Counted from the stretch's first letter, positions 8,421 to 18,197 are shown. The stretch: 64,000 nt of DNA from Anaerolineaceae bacterium (GCA_040769645.1 JAXGKP010000002.1:10754-74753), one strand, 5' to 3'. Notes: generated from the sequence alone by a model not told the origin. Translations and numbers: made by a program.

Positions 8421-9632
8421 TTATAGGCCCAGGTCTCCGATTGAAAGCCTGCCCCAATCTACCGCGCTGTCGGAATACGCGTCGATAACAAAGGGAAGCA
8501 AGGTCCGCGTTTCGGACACTCTGTCGTAGACATAGACTTGGCGCACGCCGCCAAATTCCCGGGAATAAAGAATCCGGCTGCTATCCGGCGACCAGGCCAG
8601 GAATTCCGCGTTGCCGCTTTCCACCAGAAGCTGTTCGTGCCCATCCGGACTTATGAGGATGACCATATGCTCTGTGGCGGTCCTTTGCACAGGGTCAATC
8701 TCGACCAGGGTAAAGGCTATCATGCTTCCATCCGGAGACCATTCCTGGCGGATAGGCGCGGTATCTGAGCGGTTGTAAATCGTTATGGGGCTGCTCAGGT
8801 TGCTGCCGGCGGTATAGAGCGCGCTTTCCTCATAACCGTACATCTGCCACTGTCCGAACACCGTCCGGGAGCTATCGGGGGAGAAATCAATCGCGCCAAT
8901 TTGGAAGCTGAACGGCGGGCTTATCTGGTTGAGAGTAGGCAGATGCCAGACTGATTCGCTGCCGCACTCGGAATAACAGCCGCAGCTGTTGGCAACCAGC
9001 CACTGCCCATCGTTGGAGATGGTATTGACGAACTTCAAACCTCCGCCGATGTTGCCCAGATTGGTCGAGCTGCTCAGATTGGTCTGGTCATAGCGCATGA
9101 CGTTAAAGTTCAATAAGGATTGGTCTTCCAGGTTCTCGACAGGCGGGCAGGTCATATTCCCAAGCATGGTGAAAAACTGTCGGCCAACCCCGTTCCACTT
9201 GATGAACTTGCCGTAGGCGCTCATATCAACCTTCGTTCCGCTGGTGAAATCATTCATATAGCTGTTCTCACCTTTGATATACGCCAACACTGCTCCGTCA
9301 GGAGAAATTTCCGCTTTATTATAGGCATTCCCGTAATCCCCCGGCACGCCATCAAAGGTCAACTGCTCCAGGGTTCCCGAATCAACCAGATAGCGCCAGA
9401 GGTTAGCGTTGTATCGGAAAATAATTTGACCGTTCGGAGGAGCCAGCGCCTCAGTTGGCTCGAGGGTGGGTGTGGGTTCCAGGGTTGGCTCCGAGTGTTC
9501 TGTCGGTATGGCGGGCGGCAGGGTCGGGGCTTCAGTTGGGAGTTTTGGGATGAAAGAGGGAAAACAAGCCTGCAGCAAAAGCAGGCAAACAATAATCAGA
9601 AAGATTTCCAAGGGTCGGCGGCTGCGCATCAT
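8421..9632 (-). CDS. secreted lipoprotein with TolB-like PD40 beta-propeller repeats
   Basis: Signal/lipobox LLLLQAC, a Pro/Thr/Glu linker, and repeated SPDG/SPDS motifs (SPDGAVLAY, SPDSSRTVF, SPDGSMIAF, SPDGHEQLL, SPDSSRILY). Confidence 0.75.
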   Translation of the reverse strand: MMRSRRPLEIFLIIVCLLLLQACFPSFIPKLPTEAPTLPPAIPTEHSEPTLEPTPTLEPTEALAPPNGQIIFRYNANLWRYLVDSGTLEQLTFDGVPGDYGNAYNKAEISPDGAVLAYIKGENSYMNDFTSGTKVDMSAYGKFIKWNGVGRQFFTMLGNMTCPPVENLEDQSLLNFNVMRYDQTNLSSSTNLGNIGGGLKFVNTISNDGQWLVANSCGCYSECGSESVWHLPTLNQISPPFSFQIGAIDFSPDSSRTVFGQWQMYGYEESALYTAGSNLSSPITIYNRSDTAPIRQEWSPDGSMIAFTLVEIDPVQRTATEHMVILISPDGHEQLLVESGNAEFLAWSPDSSRILYSREFGGVRQVYVYDRVSETRTLLPFVIDAYSDSAVDWGRLSIGDLGL

Positions 9633-10418
9633 TATCTCCTTTGCGAATTGATTTAATGGACGTGGTTCTAAGCGTGTGTAATCAGTTTGAAAGGTTTATT
9701 AATGCTTAGTGTTCATTCATTATACCCGGTGTGCCAGGTCAAAAAAATGGGCTGTAACAGCTTAATATCTCATAAATGAAATTCGCTTTTTAAACCACCC
9801 GACTCGGAAATTTAATCGGAAAAATTTCACTGCGACAGGAGCGGAGATCCGCGCAATTTCTTGGACCTAACTCAGGTGAAGGCAGCCCGAAAAAGACTCT
9901 GGATTTGGGTTTTCTTTGGTTATCCTGTTGTCCACCAGCTGTCCCCCGCGTGCTCTGGCTCAGGCTGGTAGTTATTTACCGCGACAAAAGCCAGGCCGTG
10001 CTAATCCGTCTGAACGCGATTTCCGAAAACTTTGAGAGACGAGTATAAGCGAATTAAACAAGGCATGTTGCCTAGGCAGGGGTAAGCAGGGTCGCCTTCC
10101 GCGGCATGAAAGAATTGCCGGGGTTCCGCAGCCAGCTTGCCGCTTGAGAATCCATAGACTGGCGTGCCTTCAATAGATTCAAGATTAGCTGTCGCGTACC
10201 CATCCGATTTTTACCGACGGCCGAACCTTGCCGCGCGGCGGGAATTTGCTGGCGATTCAGCGCAAAAGGTTTCTGGAAATAACCACGGCGGCAGGTATTC
10301 AAGGGAATAGGAACTGCAGCCCGCCGCGTTTTGGTTGGTCTCCTCCCCTCCCCTGCTTCGCGCGAATCAGCGCGGAGGGCTCCTATCGGTTATATCCGCG
10401 CTTGTTTTTCTTGAAGGG

Positions 10419-10458
10419 TAAGAAAAATACTCAGGCGCTCCGGAAAGGGAGCGCCTGA
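10419..10458 (-). terminator. rho-independent terminator downstream of bfr
   Basis: TCAGGCGCTCC-GGAAAG-GGAGCGCCTGA (11-bp perfect stem), followed on the minus strand by GTATTTTTCTT. Confidence 0.7.
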
Positions 10459-10555
10459 TTGATGGATTTGTGCAACGTAGACAACGACTGATTATTTGGC
10501 TACGCGCAACCGCGACTCTGCTGTTTCCTAACAAGGCCGCGGCTTTAGGGGCTAT

Positions 10556-11029
10556 TTAGTCTTCTTTGGTAAGGGTGGACAGATAGAAGGTCAGCCCCAT
10601 CTGTTCCATCTTGCTCATTTCGGTCTCGATATAATCGATGTGGTCTTCTTCTTCCACCAGGATGGAATCGAGCAGTTCCTTGGTGCCGTTGTCGCTGGCA
10701 TCCACGGCCACTTTAATTGCGGCGTTGTACTTATCGATGGCTTCCTGTTCGGCAGCGTGGTCATTCGCGAAAATCTTGGGGACGTCCGCGCCAATATGGA
10801 TTGCCTTTAGGTTGCTTACAATCGGCACGCCTTCCAGGAACAGGATGCGGGCGATGAGCTTTTCGGCATGGCGCATTTCTGTAATGGCACGTTTTTCAAT
10901 CGTTTCATGCAGCACAGGGTAACCCCAGTCTTCAGCCATCTCGCCGTGAACCATATACTGGTTGATGGCGGTCAATTCATCCGAGAGTAAATCATTTAAA
11001 ACTTCCAAAACTTTCTTATTACCTTTCAT
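10556..11029 (-). CDS. bfr: bacterioferritin
   Basis: 157 aa. MKGNKKVLEVLNDLLSDELTAINQYMVHGEM...EMRHAEKLIARILFLEG...EEEDHIDYIETEM is a classic Bfr di-iron and haem-Met pattern. Confidence 0.92.
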   Translation of the reverse strand: MKGNKKVLEVLNDLLSDELTAINQYMVHGEMAEDWGYPVLHETIEKRAITEMRHAEKLIARILFLEGVPIVSNLKAIHIGADVPKIFANDHAAEQEAIDKYNAAIKVAVDASDNGTKELLDSILVEEEDHIDYIETEMSKMEQMGLTFYLSTLTKED

Positions 11030-11225
11030 GTTCAGCTCCTTAAGTTAAACGTTTGTAGTGCTTATTATAGCATAGGCTGTCTGCAACGAATTTATCCCGA
11101 GAAGGCAAGGCATTATTCCAGGAAGCGCCTTCCCCGGGGATTCCCAACTTCCAAACCCTCCTTTGCAACCGCAATTTTTCCGGTTGTGTTTGTGGGTGAA
11201 GGCAAACAAGTAATATAATTCTGGC

Positions 11226-14048
11226 ATGGCAAATATCGCATTGCGCGTCAACGGCAGTCCCTATTCCCTCCCCGAAGTTCCCAACGAAACGCTCGCGTCC
11301 CTGTTGCGCGAGCGTTTGCGCCTGACCGGCACCAAAATTGGCTGCGGCGAGGGGCGCTGCGGCATTTGCACGGTGCTGGTGGAAGATCAACCGGTTAAGT
11401 CTTGCTTGTATCCCGTTAAAAAAGCCGCGGGCAAGTCTGTCCTAACGATTGAGGGGCTGCGCGCGCTCTCCCCCACCCCAGGCAGCCCGCATCCATTGCA
11501 AGAGGCTTTCCTTGCCTACGGCGCGATACAGTGCGGTTTTTGTACGCCCGCGCAAATAATCAACGCTTACGCTTACCTTTTGAAGCACCCGGACCCGGAT
11601 TACGAAGCGTTGAAAGCCGCGCTCAAGGATGTGCTTTGCCGCTGCGGCGCCTACGAGTCAATTCTCCAGGCAGTCCTCACTGCCGCTCAAGTGATGCGCG
11701 GCGGAGGTCCCCTGCCCCTTCCACAAATCAGCCTGACGTCAACCGAAACCCGAGCAATCGGCACCCTGCATCCCAGACCCGACGCGAGTGCGAAAGCTGA
11801 CGGTTCTGCTGTTTTTACCGATGACCTGAGCTTCCCCGGCATGCTCTACGCCCGCGTACTGCGCGCGAACACGCCCAGCGCAATACTGCGCTCGCTGGAT
11901 ATCACCCAGGCTTTGGCGCACCCGGGCGTACGCGCGGTTCTCACAGCCGAAGACCTGCCCGCGGCCCGTCGGCATGGTTTGTTCATCAATGACTGGCCGA
12001 TTTTGGTCGGACAGGGAGAACGCATCCGCACCATGGGGGACGCCCTGGCCTTAATCGCCGCGGAAACCCAGGCAGACGCCGACTCCGCGCTAAAGCTTAT
12101 TCGGGTGGAATTGGAGCCCCTGCCAGTGTTTTCCACGCCCCACCAGGCACTCGCTCCTGAGTCAGCCCCGCTGCACGAAAACGGCAACCTGCTGAAACAT
12201 ATCAAGGTGCGCAAAGGCGATCCCGGGCTGGGTTTTAAGGATGCGGAAATAATCGTTGAGCACAACTTCTACACACCATTTACTGACCATTTGTTTATGG
12301 AACCGGAATGCAGCATTGCCGTTCCCCTTTCAGACGGACGCATGGAAGTGTACGTGGGTTCTCAGATTCCCTATTCTGACCGCAGCCAGGTTGCAGCCGC
12401 CCTGGGCGTTCCGGAAGAGCAGGTGCGCATCCGCGGGCAGCTTACCGGTGGCGGCTTTGGCGGAAAAGAGGATATCGCCGGGCAGATTCACGCCGCTCTG
12501 CTTGCCCGGGCGGCAGGCAGGCCGGTTAAGCTGCTTTTTAGCCGGCGGGAGAGCCTGCTGGTGCACCCGAAACGGCACGCCACCCAAATCCGGGTGAAAT
12601 TGGGCGCGCGCAAAAATGGGGTGTTGGTTGCCGCGGAGACGGAGCTGTATGGAGATACCGGCGCGTATGCTTCGCTTGGCGAGAAAGTGATGACGCGCGC
12701 GACAACACATTCCACCGGGCCGTATGTCATTCCACACGTGAAAGCCGACTGTTTCGCTGTCTACACGAACAACCCGCCAGCCGGGGCGTTTCGCGGTTTT
12801 GGTGTTTTGCAGTCCGCCTTCGCGGTAGAAAGCACAATGGACATCCTCGCGCATGCGCTGGGAATGGACCCACTGGAGCTGCGTAAGATTAACGCTTTGC
12901 ATGAAGGCAGCCTGACCAATACCAATCAGCTGCTGGAAAACAGTGTTGGTTTACCAGATTGTCTTGAAGCGGTTGAACAAACCTTGCGTCAAGTGGCTGG
13001 TACAGAGCCATTTGCGCCCAAATCTCACACCCGCGCCGGAAAACAGTACTTGCGCTGCTGGGGGGTGGCGGCAGCTTACAAAAATACAGGTTTGGGAAGC
13101 GGCGCGGACGATGTCGGGGCTGCTGACGTTGAATTGCAATTGAACGGCAGGCTGCAGGTGCGCACTGCCGCGGCGGAAATCGGGCAGGGTTTGGTTACCA
13201 CCCTGCAGCTCATCGCGGCGGAGGTGTTCGCGCGAGACCCTGAAGACGTGGATGTGTTGGTTATGGATACCGACCTCACGCCCGACAGCGGCCCAACAAC
13301 GGCATCACGCCAGACGTTTGTGACTGGCGGGGCGGCTTTGCTTGCCGCTAAAGAGCTCAGGCAGCACATTCTGACGTACCTGGCTGTGCTCTGGAATGTG
13401 GAACCAGGGGTGATTTCCTTTAATGCTGAAGGCGCCCGTTCTGAGCTGCCTGAAATGACAGCCGCGGCTTACACGCATAGAATGCGCTGGGACGAAATCG
13501 CCGCGCTCATGGAGGCGAGCCCAGCCGGCCGGTCTATCCGCCGCGCGTATCACGCGCCGGAGACCAGCCCGCTCGGCGAAAGTGGGCCGATTCACTTTGC
13601 TTATTCATTCAGCGCGCAAGCGGTCGAGATTGAGGTGGAACTGGAGAGCGGCAGGGTACGGGTGCTACGGGTAATATCCGCCAATGACGCCGGGCGCGTG
13701 CTGAATCCCCTGGGCTTTCAGGGGCAGGTAGAAGGCGGGGTAATCATGGGTTTAGGGCACGCTTTGATGGAAGAATTCCGCGTGACCGGAGGCGTCATTG
13801 AATCCGATCGGATGGCACGCTGCCCAATCCCGCGCATGTCAGACAGCCCGCAGGTAATTTCCATCCCCGTAGAACATCCTACGGCCGAGGGTCCCTTCGG
13901 CGCCAAGGGCGTCGGCGAAATTGTTTGCATCCCGACCCCGCCCGCGATCGCAAACGCGCTGTACAACGCGATTGGGCTGCGGGTGTTCCGCCTGCCCATT
14001 CGACCGGAGGAAGTACTCGCTTTCCTGCAAGAGCACCCGCGAATTTAG
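11226..14048 (+). CDS. MOP-type aldehyde oxidoreductase / xanthine dehydrogenase family protein (fused 2x[2Fe-2S] + molybdopterin-binding domains, no FAD domain)
   Basis: 940 aa. N-terminal CGEGRCGICTV and CGFCTP...CRCGAY cluster motifs are followed directly by the aldehyde oxidase/XDH a/b-hammerhead and Moco domains (GGGFGGKE, GPYVIPH..., AGAFRGFG, GEIVCIPTPPAIANA). Length and layout match Desulfovibrio gigas MOP (about 907 aa). Confidence 0.85.
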   Translation: MANIALRVNGSPYSLPEVPNETLASLLRERLRLTGTKIGCGEGRCGICTVLVEDQPVKSCLYPVKKAAGKSVLTIEGLRALSPTPGSPHPLQEAFLAYGAIQCGFCTPAQIINAYAYLLKHPDPDYEALKAALKDVLCRCGAYESILQAVLTAAQVMRGGGPLPLPQISLTSTETRAIGTLHPRPDASAKADGSAVFTDDLSFPGMLYARVLRANTPSAILRSLDITQALAHPGVRAVLTAEDLPAARRHGLFINDWPILVGQGERIRTMGDALALIAAETQADADSALKLIRVELEPLPVFSTPHQALAPESAPLHENGNLLKHIKVRKGDPGLGFKDAEIIVEHNFYTPFTDHLFMEPECSIAVPLSDGRMEVYVGSQIPYSDRSQVAAALGVPEEQVRIRGQLTGGGFGGKEDIAGQIHAALLARAAGRPVKLLFSRRESLLVHPKRHATQIRVKLGARKNGVLVAAETELYGDTGAYASLGEKVMTRATTHSTGPYVIPHVKADCFAVYTNNPPAGAFRGFGVLQSAFAVESTMDILAHALGMDPLELRKINALHEGSLTNTNQLLENSVGLPDCLEAVEQTLRQVAGTEPFAPKSHTRAGKQYLRCWGVAAAYKNTGLGSGADDVGAADVELQLNGRLQVRTAAAEIGQGLVTTLQLIAAEVFARDPEDVDVLVMDTDLTPDSGPTTASRQTFVTGGAALLAAKELRQHILTYLAVLWNVEPGVISFNAEGARSELPEMTAAAYTHRMRWDEIAALMEASPAGRSIRRAYHAPETSPLGESGPIHFAYSFSAQAVEIEVELESGRVRVLRVISANDAGRVLNPLGFQGQVEGGVIMGLGHALMEEFRVTGGVIESDRMARCPIPRMSDSPQVISIPVEHPTAEGPFGAKGVGEIVCIPTPPAIANALYNAIGLRVFRLPIRPEEVLAFLQEHPRI

Positions 14049-14050
14049 CA

Positions 14051-14791
14051 TTATCCGTCCACTTTTTTCTTCCACTCAGCTTTCCATTCGGCATCGCGCC
14101 GGTGGGTGCCGTCGCAAAGCGGTTTATTGCTGGAATTCCCGCAGCAGCACAAAGTCACCCGGTTGCGCGCGACAAATGGGAGGCCGTCTGAACGTTTGAT
14201 GGCTAAATACCCTGTAACCCATAAGGGACCCCGGATTCGGCCTTGAGAAGTGACTTCAAAAGTCTCGGCAATTTCTTGCGGTAAGTCTGGTTCCACATCC
14301 GGTTCATCCGGGTCCAGCTGATAGGTCAGCGCGCCGGAAGGACAGCGTTCTATCATCGCAATAGCGAGAGAGCGCTTCAGCGTATCCTCAGATTCCGCCG
14401 TCAGCTGCACAATTCCGATGTCGCGCAGATTACAAAAACCCGAATTCATGCAGAGATCCCGTGATAGATGAACGATTATCTGTTTGCCGCCGGGGAGTAA
14501 CATAAAATCATCCGCGGTGCCATCGGTAACGGCTGTCTCTTTGCCATCAAAGGGTTTGAAGAGGTGGGTTTTATCGCAGAAAGGCATGTGTTTCGAGTTC
14601 CCACAGCGGCAGAGAGAATAGCGCTCACCTGGCAGCTGCAGCCGTTCGAGCAGCTGCCAACTCAGGGGTTCCCCATATTCTGAGACGATTTGAATCTTGC
14701 GAACGAGAGGAACCGCACCCTCAACGATATACGGACCCTTTTTCATAATAGAAATCCGCACGGGGTCTTTTTTGGCTGTTTCCTGGTCCAT
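14051..14791 (-). CDS. CDGSH-type iron-sulfur protein with two CDGSH motifs flanking a ferredoxin-like segment
   Basis: CRCGNSKHMPFCDKTH and CCCGNSSNKPLCDGTH. The ORF track gives 14051..14866. I prefer the MDQETAKK start at 14791 (AAGGA upstream). Confidence 0.75.
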   Translation of the reverse strand: MDQETAKKDPVRISIMKKGPYIVEGAVPLVRKIQIVSEYGEPLSWQLLERLQLPGERYSLCRCGNSKHMPFCDKTHLFKPFDGKETAVTDGTADDFMLLPGGKQIIVHLSRDLCMNSGFCNLRDIGIVQLTAESEDTLKRSLAIAMIERCPSGALTYQLDPDEPDVEPDLPQEIAETFEVTSQGRIRGPLWVTGYLAIKRSDGLPFVARNRVTLCCCGNSSNKPLCDGTHRRDAEWKAEWKKKVDG

Positions 14792-14984
14792 TAGTCCATC
14801 CTTTGTTTCCGGATATTCGGATAAATAATCATCTCCATTCTGAGAGTGCCTGCTTAATAATAGCAAGACTCCTGATTTTTAGAGTGTATAGTCTTTGTAT
14901 AGCCATTGCCTTGACAATAATAACTTGTGGAAGCTAAAATGTAAGCGGCATTAACAATGATCAATATTTAAATAGGAGCTTATC

Positions 14985-15155
14985 GTGAGACTCAATCAAC
15001 CCAAAGTGTTTACCTTTATCGTTTCTGTCGTGCTCGTCCTGATTGGCGTCATTGCTAAATTGGGAGTCATCGCCGCGCTGGCAAATTTCGCCTTCTGGTT
15101 TGTCTTGGTTGGCTTTATCCTGCTGGCTTTAGCTGTCCTCCTGAAGAATCTTTAA
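14985..15155 (+). CDS. small two-helix membrane protein (56 aa), GTG start
   Basis: Below the ORF-track size cut-off. AGGAGC lies 6 nt upstream of the GTG. Translation VRLNQPKVFTFIVSVVLVLIGVIAKLGVIAALANFAFWFVLVGFILLALAVLLKNL, followed by a strong hairpin. Confidence 0.45.
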   Translation: MRLNQPKVFTFIVSVVLVLIGVIAKLGVIAALANFAFWFVLVGFILLALAVLLKNL

Positions 15156-15170
15156 TCAACCGGTTTTGAG

Positions 15171-15200
15171 AATAATGGCTGCCTTGAGGCAGCCATTATT
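15171..15200. terminator. bidirectional terminator hairpin between convergent genes
   Basis: AATAATGGCTGCC-TTGA-GGCAGCCATTATT, a 13-bp perfect stem. Confidence 0.65.
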
Positions 15201-15215
15201 GTTTAATCCAGCCCT

Positions 15216-16376
15216 TCAGAGTTTTCGCGTATATTGCGCGGCGCCGGAACACCATACCTGGTTTTCCGGATCAATCCGATACCAGTTGTTCGTCACCTCG
15301 TAGACAGAAATCTGTTCACCTTTCCGCAGGTAGCCCGTAATGGCATAACTCGCGCTGGGTCCGCGCCGCTTATAAAGCGCCGTCACAATCACCTCTGCTT
15401 TGAACAGCGGTTGTTTCACCGGGTCGGGTTGACCTGGATCCAAGGGGCGCATGTAGCGCGCGTTTCCGGAACACCAAACGGAAGCCTGTGGATCAATCCG
15501 ATACCAATCTTCCTTAACCTCATAAACATCCACTTCTTCTCCCAGATTCAGCGAACCGACGACACTATATCGCGTGCCTGGACCTTCGCGCTTATAAAGC
15601 GCCGAGACTACGCAGCGGGCGCGGAATAGCACCTTGCCTGGTTCTGGTTGGGGTGGATTGGGCGTCCCATTGACCGGATAATTAAAGTAACGCAAGACAT
15701 CCGCCTTGCCGCCGTTCCAGCGGTCAAAATCCATATAGCGGCTGGCAGAGCCGATAGCTTTGTTTTTGTCGCCGGTCTGTTGAATCAGGTAAGTGTCGAC
15801 CCCTCTGGGTAAAGCGGGGGGCCCGGGGTGTTCCGGGGTGAAGCTGGGGTAAGGAAAAGGCTTTCGATAAGTTGCCAGCCACCAATCCAGGCGCGGCAGC
15901 TGTTCAATTTTGAGATAAGTGTCCACCCAGGACGCGCGCGAATAGCAAATCGGATACAAGCCGGTGCGCGCTTTGCAGATATCCAGGCATTTTTGGGTGG
16001 TTGAGGTAATGCGTTCGCGGGTATTGATTCCCGCCACTTCCAGGTCGAGAACCAGGCGGTCGTGAGTCCAATTTGCTTTGCCTTCAACAATCTTAAAGAG
16101 GGCGTCCATCTGGGATATCGCGCTTTCGCCGAAGTAGACAACCAGGTATGCCATGCGGCACACCTGAATGCGCGCCATTTCGCTCCAGTAATAATCAAAC
16201 TGGGGATCCTTATACCCCCAACACACCCCAGCCCGCGCGGCAATAAAGACCACCTCTTCGTTGTGAGCTTTCAAGGCATTAAAGTCCTGCCGTTTGGTAC
16301 CATCCTGGCTGGTTTGATATTTACTGATGTCTACACCAAATGCTCTGGTCATCGCGTCCTCCGGGGCGACCGGCAC
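15216..16376 (-). CDS. GH25 muramidase (lysozyme) with two C-terminal SH3b cell-wall-binding domains
   Basis: N-terminal FGVDISKYQ...VFIAARAG...LVLDLE resembles GH25. Two roughly 60-aa repeats follow (ALYKREGPGTRYSVVG...EDWYRIDP and ALYKRRGPSASYAITG...NNWYRIDP). No signal peptide. Confidence 0.75.
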   Translation of the reverse strand: MPVAPEDAMTRAFGVDISKYQTSQDGTKRQDFNALKAHNEEVVFIAARAGVCWGYKDPQFDYYWSEMARIQVCRMAYLVVYFGESAISQMDALFKIVEGKANWTHDRLVLDLEVAGINTRERITSTTQKCLDICKARTGLYPICYSRASWVDTYLKIEQLPRLDWWLATYRKPFPYPSFTPEHPGPPALPRGVDTYLIQQTGDKNKAIGSASRYMDFDRWNGGKADVLRYFNYPVNGTPNPPQPEPGKVLFRARCVVSALYKREGPGTRYSVVGSLNLGEEVDVYEVKEDWYRIDPQASVWCSGNARYMRPLDPGQPDPVKQPLFKAEVIVTALYKRRGPSASYAITGYLRKGEQISVYEVTNNWYRIDPENQVWCSGAAQYTRKL

Positions 16377-16578
16377 GCTTACATGGGATTGCTGGCGCCT
16401 GAATGCACGCCCAGCGAGCGGCGGGTCGTATTATCCTTAGAGTTGCAATAACAATGCCAGCACTGGAAGCTCATGTTTCCGCGGCTGGAGCTGGCATTTA
16501 GATACCTGGTAGGTTTTCACGACCTCCCTAGGCAGAATCAGGGAGTATCAAGGTCTCGCGAATAGGGGTCTTGCCCGC

Positions 16579-16704
16579 TTAACGCAGAAGTAAATACAAG
16601 GCGGCAAGCGAAAGGAACAGCGCAAGCTGAAGAACGATTATCCAATTCAGTTTCCGGTTGAGAATCTTACTGGGAATATGTTCGTGGTCGGATTGCTTTG
16701 GCAT
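16579..16704 (-). CDS. possible small membrane protein (41 aa)
   Basis: MPKQSDHEHIPSKILNRKLNWIIVLQLALFLSLAALYLLLR, with GAAAGG upstream of the ATG. No other support. Confidence 0.25.
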   Translation of the reverse strand: MPKQSDHEHIPSKILNRKLNWIIVLQLALFLSLAALYLLLR

Positions 16705-16813
16705 TCAATTACCTTTCTTCAATGCGGCGGATTAATCAGGGGGTTAGTTCGCACATTAAGAGTTCTTTATCCCACCGGGCAAACAAGCGGCATCCTGCTC
16801 GCGGTCTCCGCCT

Positions 16814-16848
16814 CAAAAATGACAGACCTCCCCAAAGGGAGGTCTGTC
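16814..16848 (-). terminator. rho-independent terminator ending the cytochrome/NOX-like transcription unit
   Basis: GACAGACCTCCC-CAAA-GGGAGGTCTGTC (12-bp perfect stem), followed on the minus strand by ATTTTTGAGG. Confidence 0.8.
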
Positions 16849-16863
16849 TCTTACGTTTAGGTT

Positions 16864-18156
16864 TTATGCCATCTCGTACTTTTCAGTTGCGATTTGGGCA
16901 TGGTCCACACCCATAGCTGCAAGGTGTTTATTCATCGCGTTCATCATAGGCATCGGACCGCACATAAAATAGAACAGTTCTTTGTAATTTTCCGGCAGGG
17001 TGCTGAGCAGCAGGTCTTTTGTGATGTAGCCCTTGTATTTACAGGCTTCAGGGCTTATCGGCTTCTCAAGCACTTTGACCACAGTCAGGTTCATGCGCGC
17101 TTTCAGCGCATCGAATTCTTGATCGAAAGCAGCGGTCTCCTCATTCAAGTCGCCGTAAAACACATACACAGGACGTTTATCACCGGTATCCGCGATGGTA
17201 TTGACCATACTCATCACCGGCGCGATACCAATCCCGCCGCCCATCAGAACCAGCCCCTTTTGCATACGCTCGTTCTTCAAATCAAATGTGCCGTGGGGAC
17301 CATCAATAAAGAACCGATCGCCAGGTTTCAGGTTCGGAATTGTATTGGTGAAGTCACCAGCTTTCTTGATTGAGAAGCGTACTTCGTCCCATTCCGTACT
17401 TCCGGAGTAAGAGAAGGGGTTTCTGCTGATTACAAAGGGCGAAGGTCCTTTGCTAATCCAGGCAACCTGACCCGCCTTGAAAGCAGGGCGTTTGAAGCCT
17501 TCCGGTTTCAAATAGACAGAGTAGGTGTCTTTGCCTTCTTCCACAACCTTGCTCACAGCATACGGATGTTTTCCAAGAATCAACGGACGAATCAACCGCA
17601 TGTACAACATAAGGCCGCCCCAGATAACGATCAACAGAATCCAGGCCGCAGCCATCGCGGGATCGCGCATATAGTAATTCCGCTTGAACATGTGCTGCAA
17701 ACCGAAAACCATGATCAATAGGGTGAGAAGATCATGCATCAGCAGCCAGGTAGTGTAACTGATTTTCAGCTGTTTACGGTAGATAGATGTAATCGCGATC
17801 AGAACCAAACCCGCCAAACCAATCCACCCGCCAATGATGAGGAAGCCTGAATAATATACGCTGCTGGTAAGCAACAGGATAAGTGGGTGCAGGGCAACCA
17901 GTAAGACCGAGGAAGCCGAGACAACATGGTGAATTTTGTACATCTTGTCCAATTCCACCACATCCGACAGCCAGGGGATTCTGGCAATGGGGAGAAATTG
18001 CATCCCCGCGATTGCCATCCCAAAGAATGCCAGCCCAACAGAGATATCCCGGATGGGCAGCGCCCAATTGGCTTTGACCAGCATGATTGCCAGGGGGGTC
18101 AGTGCGAGCGCAGCTGAAAGCGCCACAAATAATAGTAGTTTGGTTTTTAGGCTCAT
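16864..18156 (-). CDS. NOX/ferric-reductase-family flavocytochrome b (FRD transmembrane domain fused to FAD/NAD(P)H-binding dehydrogenase domain)
   Basis: 430 aa. The six-helix N-terminal half has two His pairs spaced 13-14 residues apart in separate helices (HHVVSASSVLLVALH; MHDLLTLLIMVFGLQH). FAD motif NPFSYS, NAD(P)H motif GGGIGIAP, C-terminal FMCGP. Confidence 0.8.
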   Translation of the reverse strand: MSLKTKLLLFVALSAALALTPLAIMLVKANWALPIRDISVGLAFFGMAIAGMQFLPIARIPWLSDVVELDKMYKIHHVVSASSVLLVALHPLILLLTSSVYYSGFLIIGGWIGLAGLVLIAITSIYRKQLKISYTTWLLMHDLLTLLIMVFGLQHMFKRNYYMRDPAMAAAWILLIVIWGGLMLYMRLIRPLILGKHPYAVSKVVEEGKDTYSVYLKPEGFKRPAFKAGQVAWISKGPSPFVISRNPFSYSGSTEWDEVRFSIKKAGDFTNTIPNLKPGDRFFIDGPHGTFDLKNERMQKGLVLMGGGIGIAPVMSMVNTIADTGDKRPVYVFYGDLNEETAAFDQEFDALKARMNLTVVKVLEKPISPEACKYKGYITKDLLLSTLPENYKELFYFMCGPMPMMNAMNKHLAAMGVDHAQIATEKYEMA

Positions 18157-18197
18157 GGTTGACGCGTCTCGATTTTTATAAGCGTTTCCGCGCCTGA

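Noticed and set aside
10072-10458. ORFs 10072..10302 (minus) and 10228..10458 (plus) as genes
   Set aside because: They overlap each other, are Arg/Pro/Gly-rich, have no RBS, and the plus ORF runs through the bfr terminator hairpin.
11030-11225. Moco riboswitch upstream of the molybdoenzyme gene
   Set aside because: The context is suggestive and there are some CCGAG / CCUCC-like words plus a long hairpin. However, I cannot reproduce the Moco motif consensus from memory well enough, and the hairpin is an almost perfect palindrome, so it could equally be a protein operator. It needs an Infernal scan.
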